A DNA stretch of 64,000 nt from an uncultured Chitinophagaceae bacterium (GCA_963814445.1 CAWFCU010000018.1:159637-223636); one strand, 5' to 3'; positions 42,525 through 53,754 are shown, counted from the stretch's first letter. Numbers and translations are program-made. The notes: generated from the letters alone by a model not told the origin.

Positions 42525-45500
42525 TTATTGTGCTTTTACAATTCTTTCAATCACTGTTTTGTTGGTGTAGATCATTTTAAGGATGTAAACACCACTGGCA
42601 ACATTCCGCAGGTTCACAGTTATCTGCCTGTTGGCATTGCCATTATAATCTTTGTTCCAAACCATTTGCCCTGCTGAATTATAGACCAATACTGCCTGCA
42701 GGTCAACAGGAGGTTCTACTGCAGAATGATGAATTAAGAAAGTGCCATTAAATGGATTTGGATAGATCAAATACCCCTGGTCTTTTAAACGCTGTGGTAA
42801 TTTTTGTGAAGAGATATTGATATTATCAACCCACAAATTGTTTTGCCTGTTGCCTTTCATTGCAAAGTACAACTGGAAGTTGCTTGCTCCAACAAATGGT
42901 GAAAGGTATGCTCTTTGTTTTTGCCATTCGCCTGATAATGGTACATACGGGCTTACCCAGGCATAGTTAGGGTCTTTAATGGTTTGCAATGCATCGCCCC
43001 ATTTTTTCCATACAGTAGTAAAGGTTGCGCCACAGTCTGTTGTTGCCATCAGGTCAAGTGTATCTAATGGTAATACGGTAGAACCAGGATAGTTAGCACC
43101 CGGCCTGTAAGCCATGTCAAAATCAACAAACACCGAATCGAAAGTGGAACTGTTTGCAATAACAGGGCTTATAAAGTAGTCAACAGAATTGCCCCTGTTC
43201 GCTGTATTAGGATTGTTCATCAGCATAGCACCTTGCGATGCATCTGTAGCAACAGGCAATCTTCTTTCCCATGTAGTGCCACCGCCGTTAGCATTTATTA
43301 CACCCCAGTTTGCAGGAGGGAATGTGGTGGCATTAAAGTCTTCACGTACAGGAGTGGCAAAAGTATTATAAACAGTAAAGTCTCTTGTAAGCTGGTCATT
43401 AGCTGGCCCCTGGTCTGCAACGCCGTTTGGATTTGTTGTAAACACTCTTATAGAATGTGGAGCATAAGAAACACTGGCTGCAGCAAGCGGAATAGATACG
43501 TTTTCACATCTTGCCAATGTACCTGTCCAGTTAAAGCTGCTTACAGCACCATTATCAATGGAATAGTTCACCGTTACTGATCTTAATGTATCTGTGCCTG
43601 CATTACCAATTAATGCAACTGGTTCAAGGTTTGCATCGCAATAAGTAGCAGAAGGCTGCACAATGTCAAGTACTGCAGCATTTATAGCAACGGAGTTGGG
43701 GCCAACAATATTAATACTGTCTATAAAAATATTGTTGCCAAAATCATTGTATGATTCAAAAGCCAACTGTATGTTGCTGATGTTGTCTGCACAAAAATCT
43801 TTCAAAACAATTGTTTCCTTTTTCCACAAAGCAGGGTTTGTTGGAATGAAATTAAAACCTGAAGTAGTGTCCGTAGTGGCAAGTTCTGCGCCGCCTTTTA
43901 CAAAGCTGGTTGGTTTCCAGGTAACGCCACAATCTGTTGAATAAACAAGTTTTAATGAATCAATCAAAGGAGCAGGTACATCATTACCAAAATATTGCAG
44001 GTAAGCATAATAGAAGCTTACCGAAACTGAATCAAGTTGTGCAACATTAATAGGGGCTAATTTGTATAGATCCCTTGCGCCAACAGTAAAGTAGTTGTAC
44101 AGGTTTATCCACATCGAATTTGGGCCAGGGCGGCCAGTTCTTGCAGATCTTTCCCATGTTATACCTGTGCCATTACCCGGGTCTGGAGGCCCGTCAGCGT
44201 TAACCACTTCTGAGTTAGCAGGGGGAAAAGCGCCACTGAAATTTTCAACATAAGGTAATGTGAGTGGTGTTGCCACCCTGAAAGAATAACTCATTGTATC
44301 ATTCCTCGGGTTGCCATCAGCGCCACCATTGGGAGCAGATAACGCAAACCTCAACACATTTAAACCACCAACGGCAGTTTGTGGGCTAAGCGTAACTACC
44401 TGCCATTTTCCAAAGGGGATATTTACAGGAATTGTTTGTGTTACAAGATTTGCATTATTGATACTTGTAGTAACCGTAACCGATGTAAGTGTGGTATTAC
44501 CGGCATTGGTAATGCGTAATTTTGGAACAAAAGTACCCTGGCATTTTTGTGTAGGGTAAGAGAATCGCTGAATATCGCAATTGGAGCCAAAAATCACTTC
44601 AGCGCCACCAGGGCTTACCACAGAGTTTACCATTGCATCTAAAGGAAAAAGATTAGGATACTGGGCACCTTGTGTGGTAAGATAACCACCGGCACGGCAG
44701 AATTCCAACACATGCTCCATCCGTTTCGCCTGCCCGTTTGTAAACATTGAGTAACAGGCATCGTCTGTATAGTCCATATAATTCTGGTACATCCTTGGCG
44801 TTGATGTTGGGCAACCGTTGTTGGTAGTTGTAGTAGGGCAACCGCCACTCGTAGGGCCTGATTGATTGGGAGTATCATCATTGGCTCCTAATAATGCTGC
44901 CGGTAATGAACAACCTGCACTGGCCAATTGCCTGAAATCAACAAAATCATTACAAGTTTGCCCATCTCCCCAAATATGATACAAGCCGAAGTTATGTCCT
45001 ACTTCATGCACAGCTGTACGGCTTAAATTATATTGATCATAAGTAAAACAAGACGGGCCAAAAACTCTGTAGTTTACACAAACACCATCTGCATTAGTAG
45101 TACCGGGTGCACCTCCGGGCCCAATGGTAGGTGCAATACCAAGTAATTCACCTGTAGGGCTAGTACTGTCGCTGGCACCAACATAAAAATTATAATATTT
45201 CGTGTGATCCCAACCTGTAGAACCACCCGATGCTGTTGCGGAGTTTTTAATAGGCTGGGGATTGCCCTGGATTATCAAAGTAGTTCCAACTTTTCTTACA
45301 ATACCGGTTGTAAAATTTCCAGCCGGGTCTCTCCTTGCCAATGAAAACCTTAACAGGGAATGTCCTCTTGTACCACAGAAATTACCATTGGCACAATTAG
45401 CACTATCAGCATTCAACCCTGAAAAATCAAGATTAAGGCGGTTAATAAAATATTCAATCTGCTCATCACTTATCAACCATGGATTAGGTAACACCACATG

Positions 45501-45842
45501 AACCACTACCGGTATGGTAACAGGCCCTGGAAGAGCAGTGGGAGAATTGGGCCTTGCTGCCTGGTTGTTGTTGCCGTTATTGATAAGCCATTGCTGAAAT
45601 TCGCTTTCGTTCTGTTCAAGCCTTGCCCTTAACTCAGGGTCGGTTTGCATTTGTTGTTGCAATGCTTCCATGGTACCGCAACGCTGAAGAGGAGCCTTGG
45701 TTTTAGCTGCTGGTACAGGTTTCTGCGCCATTACCGGGCCAAAACATAATGCAATTGCAATAATGGTTAGAGCTGGTTTCAGGAATTGGAGTTTGATATG
45801 TTTGTTTTTAGAAAGCAAAAAAATGCGTAGCATTCTCTTCAT
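42525..45842 (-). CDS. M43 (pappalysin/ulilysin-like) zinc metalloprotease with T9SS type A C-terminal domain
   Basis: RCGT cysteine switch, IPVVVHV, HEVGHNFGLYH, NYMDY Met-turn, IYPNPF...SGVYILK CTD. Confidence 0.92.
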   Translation of the reverse strand: MKRMLRIFLLSKNKHIKLQFLKPALTIIAIALCFGPVMAQKPVPAAKTKAPLQRCGTMEALQQQMQTDPELRARLEQNESEFQQWLINNGNNNQAARPNSPTALPGPVTIPVVVHVVLPNPWLISDEQIEYFINRLNLDFSGLNADSANCANGNFCGTRGHSLLRFSLARRDPAGNFTTGIVRKVGTTLIIQGNPQPIKNSATASGGSTGWDHTKYYNFYVGASDSTSPTGELLGIAPTIGPGGAPGTTNADGVCVNYRVFGPSCFTYDQYNLSRTAVHEVGHNFGLYHIWGDGQTCNDFVDFRQLASAGCSLPAALLGANDDTPNQSGPTSGGCPTTTTNNGCPTSTPRMYQNYMDYTDDACYSMFTNGQAKRMEHVLEFCRAGGYLTTQGAQYPNLFPLDAMVNSVVSPGGAEVIFGSNCDIQRFSYPTQKCQGTFVPKLRITNAGNTTLTSVTVTTSINNANLVTQTIPVNIPFGKWQVVTLSPQTAVGGLNVLRFALSAPNGGADGNPRNDTMSYSFRVATPLTLPYVENFSGAFPPANSEVVNADGPPDPGNGTGITWERSARTGRPGPNSMWINLYNYFTVGARDLYKLAPINVAQLDSVSVSFYYAYLQYFGNDVPAPLIDSLKLVYSTDCGVTWKPTSFVKGGAELATTDTTSGFNFIPTNPALWKKETIVLKDFCADNISNIQLAFESYNDFGNNIFIDSINIVGPNSVAINAAVLDIVQPSATYCDANLEPVALIGNAGTDTLRSVTVNYSIDNGAVSSFNWTGTLARCENVSIPLAAASVSYAPHSIRVFTTNPNGVADQGPANDQLTRDFTVYNTFATPVREDFNATTFPPANWGVINANGGGTTWERRLPVATDASQGAMLMNNPNTANRGNSVDYFISPVIANSSTFDSVFVDFDMAYRPGANYPGSTVLPLDTLDLMATTDCGATFTTVWKKWGDALQTIKDPNYAWVSPYVPLSGEWQKQRAYLSPFVGASNFQLYFAMKGNRQNNLWVDNINISSQKLPQRLKDQGYLIYPNPFNGTFLIHHSAVEPPVDLQAVLVYNSAGQMVWNKDYNGNANRQITVNLRNVASGVYILKMIYTNKTVIERIVKAQ

Positions 45843-46235
45843 AATGCAATTTTTATTTGTGTTTTGGTTTGTAACCTTTTTAGAAGCTGGTAAAATTAGC
45901 CTTTTCTAGGTACCAAAAAAATCTGAATTCAAAAAAACAACCCTGTGGAAAACAGCGTGGCTTATAGCTTTAAGGTCTTATACAACAACGCTTTTAGGAA
46001 GAGTATTACGGATTTGAATATTTTATGGTTGCCTTACTGAATACTTAGATTTTTGAGAAGGGAGGGAGTGTTTTGTTGCAAAATTTTAATGCAGGAAGTT
46101 TAGTGTAATATGGAAATGTATATCTTCAGGCTTTATAAAATTGCTGCCTTTGCTTAAGCCATAATATTTTCTATTAAGAGATTTTATTTCTTGTACACGG
46201 GCAGTGCATTGTTTTTTCATTAAAAAGGGTTTGCT

Positions 46236-47495
46236 ATGAGTATTAAATTTCGGTTGACGGTAATGAGTTTCCTGCAGTTTTTTGTGTGGGGTGCCTGGCT
46301 AATTACTATTGGCACTTATTGCTTAAATGCAAAGGGCTGGTCATTTCCACAGTTTGGCGCTATATTTTCAACACTTGCTTTGTCCTCTTTGTTTATGCCT
46401 GCACTTACAGGAATTATAGCCGATAAATGGCTGAATGCAGAAAAACTATATGGTATCCTTCACATTCTTTATGGATTGATTTTATTTTATGTGCCCAAAG
46501 TAAATGATCCTGACACATTGTTCTATGTAATTTTTGGAGCAATGATCTGCTATATGCCTACTATCTCTCTATCAAATTCAATAGCATATACAATTTTGAA
46601 AAGAGAAGGTCATGATGTGGTGAAGGTATTTCCTCCTATACGTGTATGGGGTACTATAGGTTTTATAGCTGCTATGTGGACGACCAATCTTACAAAAAGC
46701 GGCGCAAATTCAAACCAATTTATTATTGGGGCGGTAGTTGCAATTTTACTGGGAATATTTGCATTTACGTTGCCTAAGTGTCCTCCTCCGAAATCAATTT
46801 CAAAAGATGCCAGTATCATTGATCAGCTTGGCCTTAAAGCTTTTAAATTATTTGGAAGTTATAAAATGGCATTGTTCTTTTTGTTTTCCATGTTATTGGG
46901 GGCCGCTTTGCAATTAACCAATATGTACGGCGATTCTTTTTTATATGGATTTGGTAGTAATCCTTTATATAAAGATTCTTTTGTTGTAAAGTATTCCACT
47001 ATTATTCTTTCGGTTTCCCAGATATCAGAAACAGTGTTTATTCTTACCATACCTTTTTTCTTAAAAAGATTTGGTATTAAAACTGTAATGCTATTTGCTA
47101 TGATCGCCTGGGTGCTTAGGTTTGGGCTCTTTGCATATGGAGACCCCTCTATGATAGGAACGGCATCGATCCTGGTATCATGTATTGTATATGGAATGGC
47201 TTTTGACTTTTTTAATATTTCAGGTTCTTTATTTGTTGAAACTACAACAAGCCAGGATATCAGGTCAAGTGCACAAGGTTTATTTATGATGATGACAAAT
47301 GGAATCGGGGCATGGTTAGGAAGTACAATAAGTGGATACGTAATTGCAAAATATTTTGTTGCAGCTGACGGAAGTAGTAACTGGCATGGCATCTGGCTGG
47401 CTTTTGCAGGCTATTCATTGGTAATCGCTGTTTTATTTTCTGTAATGTTTAAACACAAGCACGACCCTAAAGCGGTTGAAAACGTATCACACTAA
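46236..47495 (+). CDS. Nucleoside:H+ symporter family MFS permease (NupG-like)
   Basis: LTVMSFLQFFVWGAW, PPIRVWGTIGF, YGMAFDFFNISG. Confidence 0.88.
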   Translation: MSIKFRLTVMSFLQFFVWGAWLITIGTYCLNAKGWSFPQFGAIFSTLALSSLFMPALTGIIADKWLNAEKLYGILHILYGLILFYVPKVNDPDTLFYVIFGAMICYMPTISLSNSIAYTILKREGHDVVKVFPPIRVWGTIGFIAAMWTTNLTKSGANSNQFIIGAVVAILLGIFAFTLPKCPPPKSISKDASIIDQLGLKAFKLFGSYKMALFFLFSMLLGAALQLTNMYGDSFLYGFGSNPLYKDSFVVKYSTIILSVSQISETVFILTIPFFLKRFGIKTVMLFAMIAWVLRFGLFAYGDPSMIGTASILVSCIVYGMAFDFFNISGSLFVETTTSQDIRSSAQGLFMMMTNGIGAWLGSTISGYVIAKYFVAADGSSNWHGIWLAFAGYSLVIAVLFSVMFKHKHDPKAVENVSH

Positions 47496-47507
47496 AATAT
47501 TTATTCC

Positions 47508-47550
47508 ATAAAAAAATCCCACGGCTTTTAAAACCGTGGGATTTTTTTAT
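47508..47550. terminator. Bidirectional intrinsic terminator
   Basis: ataaaaaaatcccacgg-cttttaaaa-ccgtgggatttttttat. Confidence 0.85.
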
Positions 47551-47579
47551 ATCAACCACTGATCAAGTGATCACTGATT

Positions 47580-47897
47580 TTACATGTGTTGTTCAATCTT
47601 CTTTACAAAATTGGCTTTAGGCTGTGCACCTACTAATTTATCAACCACCTGTCCGCCTTTTACAAAAAGTATGGCTGGTATGCTGGTAATGCCATAGTTC
47701 ATTGAAACGGATGGGTTGTGGTCAACATTTACCTTTCCAACCTTTACTTTACCTGCGTATTCTTTACTAAGGTCTTCAATTACGGGGCCTATTGCACGGC
47801 AAGGTCCACACCATTCTGCCCAAAAGTCAATTACTGATAATTTATCTGATTCCAATACTTCTGATTTGAAGTTTGCATCGGTGAATTCAAGTGCCAT
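47580..47897 (-). CDS. trxA: Thioredoxin
   Basis: [10 protein letters not shown]. Confidence 0.95.
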   Translation of the reverse strand: MALEFTDANFKSEVLESDKLSVIDFWAEWCGPCRAIGPVIEDLSKEYAGKVKVGKVNVDHNPSVSMNYGITSIPAILFVKGGQVVDKLVGAQPKANFVKKIEQHM

Positions 47898-48097
47898 AAT
47901 GTTATATTTTTTTGTTTACTAAAGGAGGGCAAAAATACATCCAATAGTTTAAATATGTTGTTATGACATATACACAATTTGTGATGAAATTGTTTTGACA
48001 GGCTTGAAGCCAATGTGGCGGTAAATTGTTAAGGGTTGTTAAAGAGGCTTGCATTTCATAGTAGTGATTTCTATCTTTAATGACTAAATTTTTTATT

Positions 48098-48394
48098 ATG
48101 TATTTAATAAGAGAAGTATTCCAGGCAAAGCCGGGAAAGGCAAAAGACCTGGTGAAAATGTTTAAGCAGGCTGCTGTGCATTTTGAAAAAGAACAGGGTA
48201 TCAGCAATATAAAAGTGATGACTGATGTGGTAAGTAATTACTGGACAGTGGTGGTGGAGTCAGAAACAAATGATATTGGAGGATTCATTACCAATCTCCG
48301 TTCTGCCACCATGAGCGATGACCTGAAAGAAATAATGAAAGGCTATATGGACTGTGTTGCCGGAGGGCACAGGGAAATATTTATGATTGAATAA
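48098..48394 (+). CDS. Small hypothetical protein, probable dimeric alpha-beta barrel (NIPSNAP-like)
   Basis: MYLIREVFQAKPGKAKDL...GGHREIFMIE. Confidence 0.6.
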   Translation: MYLIREVFQAKPGKAKDLVKMFKQAAVHFEKEQGISNIKVMTDVVSNYWTVVVESETNDIGGFITNLRSATMSDDLKEIMKGYMDCVAGGHREIFMIE

Positions 48395-48433
48395 AATACA
48401 AAAAGCAACCGTATTTGCTGCCTTTTACTTTCG

Positions 48434-48504
48434 TTACCCGACCTGGATTCGAACCAAGACAAGCAGAATCAGAATCTGATGTGCTACCGTTACACTATCG
48501 GGCA
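48434..48504 (-). tRNA. tRNA-Gln (CTG)
   Basis: Cloverleaf on minus strand, loop TTCTGAT, GGTTCGAATCC. Confidence 0.93.
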
Positions 48505-48551
48505 GAATATTCAATGTTCAAAAAAAGCTGAAATCACTTTCAGCTTTTTTG

Positions 48552-48622
48552 TTGGGTTACTAGGATTCGAACCTAGACAGACAGAATCAAAATCTGTAGT
48601 GCTACCTTTACACAATAACCCA
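48552..48622 (-). tRNA. tRNA-Gln (TTG)
   Basis: Cloverleaf on minus strand, loop TTTTGAT, GGTTCGAATCC. Confidence 0.93.
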
Positions 48623-48646
48623 ATTGCTCCCTTTTATTTGGGATGG

Positions 48647-48678
48647 CAAAAGTAAGGGATACCACTAAAAAATGCAAA
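48647..48678 (-). promoter_or_regulatory. Bacteroidota housekeeping promoter for the tRNA-Gln pair
   Basis: TTTG (-33) N20 TACTTTTG (-7) on minus strand. Confidence 0.65.
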
Positions 48679-48694
48679 ACAATTTGCTTCTTTA

Positions 48695-51313
48695 TTAATT
48701 TTTGTCTTCCCTTGCTTTCAGTTCTTTTATCTTGTCCAAAGCCCCCGCTACCACATCACACATAATAGTATATAATGCACCCTGCACAGGGTTGGCATAA
48801 ATATATTCAAGTGCTTCATTTTCATTGGCAATTACTTTCACCGGCACAGACGCATTTATTTTATTAATGCCCTGTTGCAACAGGCTGATGATTTCATCTG
48901 CTGAACGGCCACGTAAATTTTTATCGCAACGTATAATGATCTCATCAAAATAACCGGCGGAAATTTCACCCAGTTCCATAATGTCTTCATCCCTTCTGTC
49001 GCCTGTGCCGCTGATAACACCTATCCTTGTTTTGTAATCCAGCTTACTTACAAAATCGCAAAGCAGTTTTAAACCATGTGGGTTGTGTGCAAAGTCGGCA
49101 AGAAAAGTGAAGTTTTTAAAATGAAAGAAATTTAAACGGCCCGGTGTTAAGCTTTCACCAGGAATAAAAGTTAACAATCCCTGCCTGATGTCTTCAATTG
49201 TAATATCACGATATAAATATGTGGCCATTACGGCAGGTAAACAGTTGGCAATATTATGCCACGCTTTTCCTTCGTAAGTAAGCGGAATATCCTTTGCGGC
49301 CATCACTCTTATTTTCCAGTTGCCTTTCATAATGGTTACATAACCATTTTCATAAACAGTTGCAAGCCCGCCACCAGCACAATGTTTTTTTATTCTTGAA
49401 TTGTTTTCATCCATGCTGAAAAGAGCGATGTTGCATTTCAATCCTTCTCTCATAGCATACACCAGGTCATCTTCTGCATTTAAAATGGCAAAGCCATGAT
49501 TGAAAACTGTTTCAGGAACAACTGCTTTTACTTTCGCCATTTGCTCCACTGTATTAATGCCGCCAAGGCCAATATGGTCTGCTGCAACATTTGTTACCAC
49601 AGCCACATCACAATGTTGAAATGCTAAGCCACTTTTTAAAATACCACCTCTTGCACATTCCAATATGGCAAAATCAACAGTGGGATCTTTTAGTACAAAT
49701 GCAGATGATATAGGGCCTGTGCAATCACCTTTCATCATCAATTGATTTTGTATATAAACGCCATCGCTTGTTGTGTAGCCAACTTTTTTACCAGCACTTT
49801 TTGCAATGTGAGCTGTTAATCTTGTGGTGGTGGTTTTACCATTTGTTCCTGTTACCGCAATGATGGGAATGCGCCCAATGCTTCCTTTTGGAAATAGCAT
49901 ATCAATCACTGGCTCTGCAACATTTCTCGGTAAGCCTTCTGCTGGTTCAATATGCATACGGAAACCTGGCGCTGCATTTACTTCCAGTATAGCACCGCCA
50001 TTTTCACTTACTGGTGTACGCAGGTCGGTCGCCATTACATCAATGCCGCAAATATCCAGGCCGATAATTTTTGCAATGCGTTCAAACATAAAAACATTCG
50101 CAGGATGCACTTCATCTGTTACGTCACTGCTTGTGCCACCAGTGGAAAGATTAGCTGTCGGTTTCAGCAAAACCCTTTCGCCTTTTTTAGGGATTGTTTC
50201 TAAAGTGAAGTTTCCATCATCCATCATCTTTTGTGTAAACTGGTCAATGGTAATTTGTGTCAATACTTTTTCATGGCCATACCCTCTTCTTGGATCTTTA
50301 TTGGTTTCATCAATTAGCCATTGAATATTGTGTACGCCATCACCAACAACAGAAGCCGGTGTACGCAAAGCAGCACAAATAAATTTGTTGTTGATAACAA
50401 GGCAGCGGAAATCATAACCCGTAATAAATTTTTCAACGATCACATTTCGGCCATAAACTTTAGCTGCTTCCAATGCTTTAATGGCTTGTTCCCATGTGGT
50501 AATGTTGGTGGTGTTCCCTTTGCCATGATTGCCATCAATTGGTTTTATCACCAACGGGTATTTATATTTTTCAATAGCTTCTTTCAATCCTTCTTCTGTT
50601 CTTATCACTGTTCCTCCAGGTACAGGTATTTCAGCGGCTCCCAACAATAATTTTGTTTCTTCTTTATCACCGGCAATATCAACAGCAATATTGCTTGTTG
50701 TAGATGCAATAGTTGCCCTTATTCTTTTTTGATGCACACCATAACCAAGTTGTACCAGACTTTGTTTATTCAATCTTATGTAAGGGATATTTCTTTTTGC
50801 AGCTTCTTCCACAATGCAACCTGTAGATGGCCCAAGCCTTGTATCTTCTCTTATCTCTCTTAGTTTTTGAATGTCCTCATCCAAGTCATAACCTGTATTG
50901 TCAGTTAATGCCTGGCAAATTCTTACTGCCGCCCTGGCGGCATACACACCTGCATCTTCTTCCATATAACTAAACACAACATAATATTCTCCTTCCACGC
51001 CAGTGCCTCTTGTACGGCCAAAGCCAGTATCCATTCCAGCCAGTGTTTGAAGTTCCAGCGCCATGTGCTCAATCACATGCCCCATCCAGGTACCTTCTTC
51101 CACTCTTTGAAAAAAACCACCTCTTTCACCTACACTACAGCGGTGCTCAATCATGCTGGGAAATATTTTTTCAAGCCTTTCCTTAAAGCCTGCGATAGCG
51201 TTGGTAGGCTTTTGTTCCATCTCTTCCAGGTCCAGTTTCATTTGTATCAGCTTGGGTCTGCGAACACTCCAGTAATTAGGGCCTTTAAGTACTTTGATTT
51301 CTAAAATTTTCAT
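48695..51313 (-). CDS. cphA: Cyanophycin synthetase CphA1
   Basis: GPNYWS start, N-domain Cx19HxxEH, ATP-grasp KPIDGNHGKG/ANLSTGG/EVNAAPG, Mur-ligase GTNGKTT, DFAHNP. Confidence 0.95.
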   Translation of the reverse strand: MKILEIKVLKGPNYWSVRRPKLIQMKLDLEEMEQKPTNAIAGFKERLEKIFPSMIEHRCSVGERGGFFQRVEEGTWMGHVIEHMALELQTLAGMDTGFGRTRGTGVEGEYYVVFSYMEEDAGVYAARAAVRICQALTDNTGYDLDEDIQKLREIREDTRLGPSTGCIVEEAAKRNIPYIRLNKQSLVQLGYGVHQKRIRATIASTTSNIAVDIAGDKEETKLLLGAAEIPVPGGTVIRTEEGLKEAIEKYKYPLVIKPIDGNHGKGNTTNITTWEQAIKALEAAKVYGRNVIVEKFITGYDFRCLVINNKFICAALRTPASVVGDGVHNIQWLIDETNKDPRRGYGHEKVLTQITIDQFTQKMMDDGNFTLETIPKKGERVLLKPTANLSTGGTSSDVTDEVHPANVFMFERIAKIIGLDICGIDVMATDLRTPVSENGGAILEVNAAPGFRMHIEPAEGLPRNVAEPVIDMLFPKGSIGRIPIIAVTGTNGKTTTTRLTAHIAKSAGKKVGYTTSDGVYIQNQLMMKGDCTGPISSAFVLKDPTVDFAILECARGGILKSGLAFQHCDVAVVTNVAADHIGLGGINTVEQMAKVKAVVPETVFNHGFAILNAEDDLVYAMREGLKCNIALFSMDENNSRIKKHCAGGGLATVYENGYVTIMKGNWKIRVMAAKDIPLTYEGKAWHNIANCLPAVMATYLYRDITIEDIRQGLLTFIPGESLTPGRLNFFHFKNFTFLADFAHNPHGLKLLCDFVSKLDYKTRIGVISGTGDRRDEDIMELGEISAGYFDEIIIRCDKNLRGRSADEIISLLQQGINKINASVPVKVIANENEALEYIYANPVQGALYTIMCDVVAGALDKIKELKAREDKN

Positions 51314-51560
51314 ATTGTTAGTTTGGTTTTTATCCCGCCGGATAGCGGAATGAAGAAATTGAAAATTAGTGGAAAGAGTTTGGTTGGCAAAAAAACAGTT
51401 GTGATAATTAAGTAATAGCCTGTTTTGAAAAACCGCCATGCCCTTAATTTTCTGCACCGTTAAATAATCATACTAAACCCTTTGATAAATATCTGCAGCT
51501 GCAGGAAAAATCAATTATTAATTTGACAGCAAAACTATTTTTTACATCAAAATAACAGTA

Positions 51561-52706
51561 ATGATACCTAAAATTCTATCCCTGTTTACATTGGCAGTTT
51601 TATCAATACCTGTTTTTTCACAGGTAGCCATCAGCACTGATGGAAGTGTTGCACATCCCAGCGCCATGCTTGAAATTAAAAGTACCACCAGGGGTTTGCT
51701 GGTGCCAAGGTCTTCATCAGCTACTATTTTACAGCAAACAACAGCTAAAAGTGGTATGGTAATGTATGATACCACCTATGATAAATTCAGGGTGAGAGGG
51801 AGTACAGGCTGGTACGATGTAGTTGACAGCCGTTCCTGGACAAGGCGCCTGGGTACAGCCGAACAGGTAGTGTATACATTTGACAGTGTTGGTATAGGCA
51901 CAAGCAATCCTGCCACAAAGCTGCATATAAGCAGTTCCACAGCTGGTGAAGTATTGCGTATAGGCAGTAATGATCCACAAATAGCTTTTTACCAGGGTGG
52001 GGCAGTGGCTGGCTTTGCTGATATGGCTGGAAATGATTTCCGGCTGGGTACAGTAACAGCTAATAATACAGGCAAAGCCATCATAAGGGTAAATGGTGGA
52101 GACAGGTTTACTGTGGCTCCTGATGGCAATATTGGTATTGCTAATAATACACCTGTATCTAAGCTTCACATTTTGGGTGGCGATGATGTAGGGTTAACGG
52201 CCAGTACCAATGGTTATCTTATGCTGGGCAGTGCCGCAAGTGGCAACCTCATTTTTGACAACAATGAAATACAGGCAAGGAATGTAGCTGCCGGGTCAGA
52301 CTTATTTATTCAGAACGATGGTGGGAATGTGATTTTTTGTGGTGCAGAGCAGGGTGCAGTAGGCATTGGGGTAACAGCCGGCACCAGTATACCGGCAGGC
52401 TACCTGCTGGCAGTAGATGGCAAGATTTTAAGTGAAGAAGTGAGAGTTGAGTTAAGTGGTGACTGGCCCGATTATGTTTTTGCCAATGATTATAAATTGC
52501 CGTCACTTGATAAGCTGCGTAATTATATCGCAGAAAATAAACACCTGCCCAACATACCAGCAGCTGCCGAAGTGGAAAAGAATGGTTTTGAATTAGGCGA
52601 TATGCAAAAAAGGATGATTGAAAAAATTGAAGAGCTAACGCTGTATGTTCTTCAGTTGGAAACAGAAATGAAAGTGATGCAGAAGAAACTGAATGAAATA
52701 AAATAA
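51561..52706 (+). CDS. Secreted fibre-like repeat protein with C-terminal intramolecular-chaperone/coiled-coil domain
   Basis: Signal peptide; PSAMLEIKSTTRGLLVPR; VGIGTSNP repeats; WPDYVF...HLPNIP...EKIEELTLY. Confidence 0.75.
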   Translation: MIPKILSLFTLAVLSIPVFSQVAISTDGSVAHPSAMLEIKSTTRGLLVPRSSSATILQQTTAKSGMVMYDTTYDKFRVRGSTGWYDVVDSRSWTRRLGTAEQVVYTFDSVGIGTSNPATKLHISSSTAGEVLRIGSNDPQIAFYQGGAVAGFADMAGNDFRLGTVTANNTGKAIIRVNGGDRFTVAPDGNIGIANNTPVSKLHILGGDDVGLTASTNGYLMLGSAASGNLIFDNNEIQARNVAAGSDLFIQNDGGNVIFCGAEQGAVGIGVTAGTSIPAGYLLAVDGKILSEEVRVELSGDWPDYVFANDYKLPSLDKLRNYIAENKHLPNIPAAAEVEKNGFELGDMQKRMIEKIEELTLYVLQLETEMKVMQKKLNEIK

Positions 52707-52732
52707 ACCAAACATTAAAAATAATTGTTGTT

Positions 52733-53635
52733 ATGAAGCAAATAAGTTTTTTACTGCTGTTACTTTTTTTGTTTACTAACGCTGTTGCACAGCCGCAGTT
52801 TGAATTAAGCCGCAATGTGTACCGGGTTCCTTACGCAAACGGAACGGATGTACATATAACAAACGACCACTACACACACAGCCCTGTTGGCCGCTATGAT
52901 ATGTCTGGCACTGGTAATGGCAGCAGTTGCTCAAATAATTACCGCATTGTTGCTGCAGCAGAAGGTATCATCCGCCGGATAGTTGACAACCATAGCCTGA
53001 TTGGCAGCGAAACAGATTGTGATGTGGTGAATTGCGAGGATTTTAATAACTATGTATGGATAGAACATGCTAATGGCGAGTGGACAAAATACTCCCACAT
53101 GGCACAAAACAGCACGAGGGTCACTGCCGGCCTTTCTGTTGGGGACCAGGTATGTGCCGGTACTTTTTTAGGCTACGAATGTGAGATAGGCCAGGCATCA
53201 GGGCCACACCTGCATTTTGAAGTAAGGGCACCTTTTGATACCACCAATCCGCCGGCTATTTCAATAGCAGGTGGTTTTATGGGTAATGACGTAGCTGCAC
53301 ACCGCATACCTGTTTTTAATACTATCGGTAAACACTATATGCAAGGCGGTGATGATATTACGGCAGGCAGCAGTGGAGGCTGCTCTACAATCACAGCATA
53401 CTCTCTCGGTACGCTATCAGTGGTATCATCCACAGGCATAAATATCAAAATGGCCAATACAAGCATCACCACAGTTTCAGGCGCATTAATAAAATATTTG
53501 AATGGGTCAAATGGTTTGTACCAGGCAGGCAGCAGGATTATTTTGTCGCCGGGCTTTCAGGCAGAACAGGGTTGTTATTTCGAAGCTAGAATAGCCACTT
53601 GCGCCACCACCAATCTTACAGGAACATGTCAATAA
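52733..53635 (+). CDS. Secreted M23 family peptidase with C-terminal beta domain
   Basis: AAAEG, NYVWIEH..YSHM, GPHLHFEVR; IILSPGFQAEQGCYFEARI. Confidence 0.85.
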   Translation: MKQISFLLLLLFLFTNAVAQPQFELSRNVYRVPYANGTDVHITNDHYTHSPVGRYDMSGTGNGSSCSNNYRIVAAAEGIIRRIVDNHSLIGSETDCDVVNCEDFNNYVWIEHANGEWTKYSHMAQNSTRVTAGLSVGDQVCAGTFLGYECEIGQASGPHLHFEVRAPFDTTNPPAISIAGGFMGNDVAAHRIPVFNTIGKHYMQGGDDITAGSSGGCSTITAYSLGTLSVVSSTGINIKMANTSITTVSGALIKYLNGSNGLYQAGSRIILSPGFQAEQGCYFEARIATCATTNLTGTCQ

Positions 53636-53754
53636 AAAAGTATGATCAAATAAGTTTGCTGTGCGTTGAATATTTATTATAGAAAAGCATCATGCAGGTA
53701 CGGTATCGCAAACACGATTTCCCCTATTTTTGCGTTAATCAGTAAACAAACAGC

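Noticed and set aside
51314-51457. 48-aa N-terminal extension of CphA (and similar extensions on ORFs 5538, 5660, 38847, 59520)
   Set aside because: ORF-caller artefacts from upstream alternative starts; family similarity begins at downstream ATGs.
51561-53635. Prophage remnant (tail fibre plus lysin)
   Set aside because: Both proteins have Sec signal peptides and no other phage genes are nearby; this fibre-like family is common in Bacteroidota chromosomes.
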